Part shown: positions 56,260-64,000 of the stretch, one piece after another | How the letters are laid out: the number at the start of each line of letters is the position of its first letter | Numbering within the stretch: the stretch's first letter is position 1 | Source of the DNA: Eledone cirrhosa | Taxonomy: Eukaryota | Direction of reading: 5' to 3' | DNA length: 64,000 nt | Assembly: GCA_964016885.1 (NCBI GenBank) | Contig: OZ024742.1 | Location: 97,588,001-97,652,000, forward strand | The notes under the pieces: model-generated | What the model was told of the DNA's origin: nothing | Seen by the model: the letters and a program-made list of their open reading frames with translations, nothing else | Database searches by the model: none | Translations under genes and position numbers: made by a program

Positions 56260-56984
56260 TCCAAAATTAAACTAAGGTTGTCATGTCTGAGAGACATGCA
56301 CCATATTCACTGCAGAATAAGCTCTAAGATTCCAATGAATAGATCCGAGGATTTTATATCAACTAGAAATAGATTGACACATATATATATATAAAATAAA
56401 CATGAAACAATCTCAGGGAATAATTTGTAAAGTGTGTAAGCACACATAGCTAGGTAGGTAACTAATTAAAGTTTAACTAGAACTTCAAATATAGATACCT
56501 TTTAAAATGATTAATCTCCTTTGTATATATTTCTTTAAATAAAAAATATATTTCACCAATTAACCAGTAAATCACAGTGGTCAAATCTTGGAGGGTCACC
56601 AAAGGAGAAGATCCAACCATCTGCGTTTACACATCAAATGCAAATCTGTGAATGACTCGAACCACATGTTGCATTTTATAAAAAATACAGACACTGCACC
56701 GCGTCATCCCAGTGGCTTGAATAGGATTATCCACAGCTAGAAATAGAATAATCCTATTCCCGCCACTGGGATGACGCGGTGCGGTGTCTGTATTTTTTAT
56801 AAAATGCAACACGTAGTTCGAGTCTTTCACAGATTTGATGGTTAGATCTTCTCCTTTGGTGACAATCCAAGATTTGACCGCTGTGATTTACTGGTTAATT
56901 GGTGAAATACTTTACAAATTATTCCGAGATTGTTTCATGTGTTTATTTTATATATATATGTGTCAATCTATTTCTAGTTGATAT
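56260..56984. mobile_element. Palindromic element, family F (tail 56260-56355, inverted repeat 56356-56984)
   Basis: Arms of about 240 bp, with about 110 bp extra in the left arm; centre at about 56740; TA-flanked. Confidence 0.7.
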
Positions 56985-57028
56985 ACATATATATATACAT
57001 ATACACACACACATATATACATATACAA

Positions 57029-57063
<35 letters not shown>

Positions 57064-57383
57064 TATATATATACACACACACACATATATATATACACAC
57101 ACACACATATATATATATATGTTGTTTACTTGTCCCCCTCGCCTTACGCGAATTCTGGTCCGAATAACTTTTTTTAGTTATTGCTCACACCAACCTGAGG
57201 TATCTGATTTTTAATGCGATGAAATACCAATGATGGTTGGAAAATCACTGACGAAGGACTATTTTTATCATATGTAACCCATGTGCAAACCAGGCAGTAT
57301 TCTTCTTTCTTCTCATGTTTTTTATATATATATATATATATAAATTAATAAAAACAATGAATAAAAACAAAGAACAAGTTCCT

Positions 57384-58017
57384 TCATCATCATCATCATC
57401 GTTTAACGTCCATCTTCCATACTTGCATGGGTTTGGACGGGAGTTTTCCCACTGGAGGCAAGATTGGTTGTCTTGCTCGCATAGGACTGTCTGGCGGGTT
57501 TTCTACGGATGGATGCCCTTCCTAACACCAATCACGTTTACAGTGTGGACTGGGAGGTTTTTACCGTGTGACCTACACGGCCACATTACAGCGTGGACTG
57601 TGTTTTTTTTTGTTGTGACAGTTACACGACCTCATTTATTTCGGAAGTGATGTTTTGGTACCAACATAACTTTACATCGAAAGGGGTGGGGGTGGTGGGA
57701 CGGGGGTGTATTTTTTTTACAGGTGCCTACTGACTGTAGGTTTCGCTTTGTACTTAGGCAAGGCGGGTCTGCTGTATAACTGTGTAGTGCCAAAGATCTC
57801 GGTCCAGTGACATTGTCTTGGAGAGGTGTAAGTGTTTGAGGTCGGAATTTATCAAGTCGTCCCAGGTTTTTCTGGGTCTGCCTACTCCGTGACTACAGTC
57901 TATATTTATCGCCCTGCACTTTTTTATACAGCTGTCGTCTTTCATGCGCATCACGTGACCATACTAACATAGTCTTCTCTCAAGTAAACAACATCTGATT
58001 GCTCTAATTCCTAATTT
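57384..58017 (-). mobile_element. RTE 3' end
   Basis: ORF 57754-57954 and a 3' UTR matching 12467-13220. Confidence 0.88.
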
Positions 58018-58179
58018 CTATTAAAAAATTCATCATTTTACGATCGTTTCTAGGATATATATGTGTGTTGGTATGTATATCATACCTTCATGTATATATA
58101 TATATATATATTTTAAAAAATAACAGATTAAAGTTTAAGCAAAGAATCGCTGCTTTCACCCTTAACGGGATCTTCTGTT

Positions 58180-60707
<2,528 letters not shown>

Positions 60708-60911
60708 GTATTAGTTATACTATTTATGGTTATGTAAACACAAAACCTTAAGCAGTTGTAAGTATTTTACACACACCCTAAATAGTGGTAGGCAGTAATG
60801 TATTACTACCTTATTACCAGTAAGTTAAGTAGCTCAATGTAAAAACATCAGATGATTTACAGAGCAGTTATATGAAATATAAGAATCAAAGAACTGTTCA
60901 AAACATTATTG

Positions 60912-60958
60912 TGCTTACAGCTGTTTCCTCCAAACCGAGGTTTGGATTCTTCGGAGCA
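60912..60958 (-). ncRNA. Minimal type I hammerhead in a pLTR-like insert (60708-61427)
   Basis: Reverse complement reads tgct-CCGAAGA-a-tccaaacc(tc)ggtttgga-g-GAAA-CAGCTG-TA-agca; U4>C variant. Confidence 0.7.
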
Positions 60959-61427
60959 ATTTATTAATGCATGGACAGTTATATGACCTCCTTTTCAGCC
61001 GAGAGACATACCAATACATATTCAAACATTGATACATATTCAAACATTGTGGGTCAACATTCATTACAGAATTTAGAGTGGCAGTACACACTTCGAGATT
61101 ACATTTATATTAATAGGTACAATCAAAAATCAAAGATATAGGTTAAAGTACAACATGAAGATAAGTGGTTATATAGTGCAAATGTTATATGTGTGGCACG
61201 CATGTGCGTCTTGTTTATATAGTGTGGCAGAGAGATATGTGTGGTAGAGGCACTTAGGTAGGTAAATAAGAGTGTTAGGTTGGTAGATCTGGTGGCAAAG
61301 TCTTTATATGATTGATGTAGTCTATGTGTGGAGAAATATTATAAGCATTAAAGATAGTGCAAGCATTAAAAGTGTTATAAGTATTGGAGATGCACAGCGC
61401 AGGGATGTCAAGTAATTCATGTAATTC

Positions 61428-64000
<2,573 letters not shown>

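Noticed and set aside
57248-57300. ctgacga motif
   Set aside because: No matching GAAA or stems.

Overview
AT-rich eukaryotic intergenic or intronic DNA. The SINE and LINE families suggest a coleoid cephalopod, probably Octopus (inference). No host protein-coding exon can be supported, and the long Y/I/M ORFs are artefacts of large (TA)n/(TA)nTG microsatellites. The window is a nest of retroelements: RTE LINEs with a PHD-type finger inside the RT, a near-full CR1-group LINE, Tx1/L1 and RLE-type fragments, Penelope-like element (PLE) RT and GIY-YIG remnants, tRNA-derived SINEs and one Merlin-type DNA transposon derivative. The most striking pattern is a set of short palindromic inserts from at least six unrelated sequence families, nearly all embedded in (TA)n arrays. 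They share the layout tail / arm / inverted arm and mostly carry minimal type I hammerhead ribozymes (CUGANGA...GAAA, often with a palindromic stem III). In three families the palindrome centre abuts the 5' end of hammerhead stem I. One hammerhead has a stem II domain of about 115 nt. One family starts at a fixed YY1-like motif. All structures were read by eye, and repeat boundaries are approximate.
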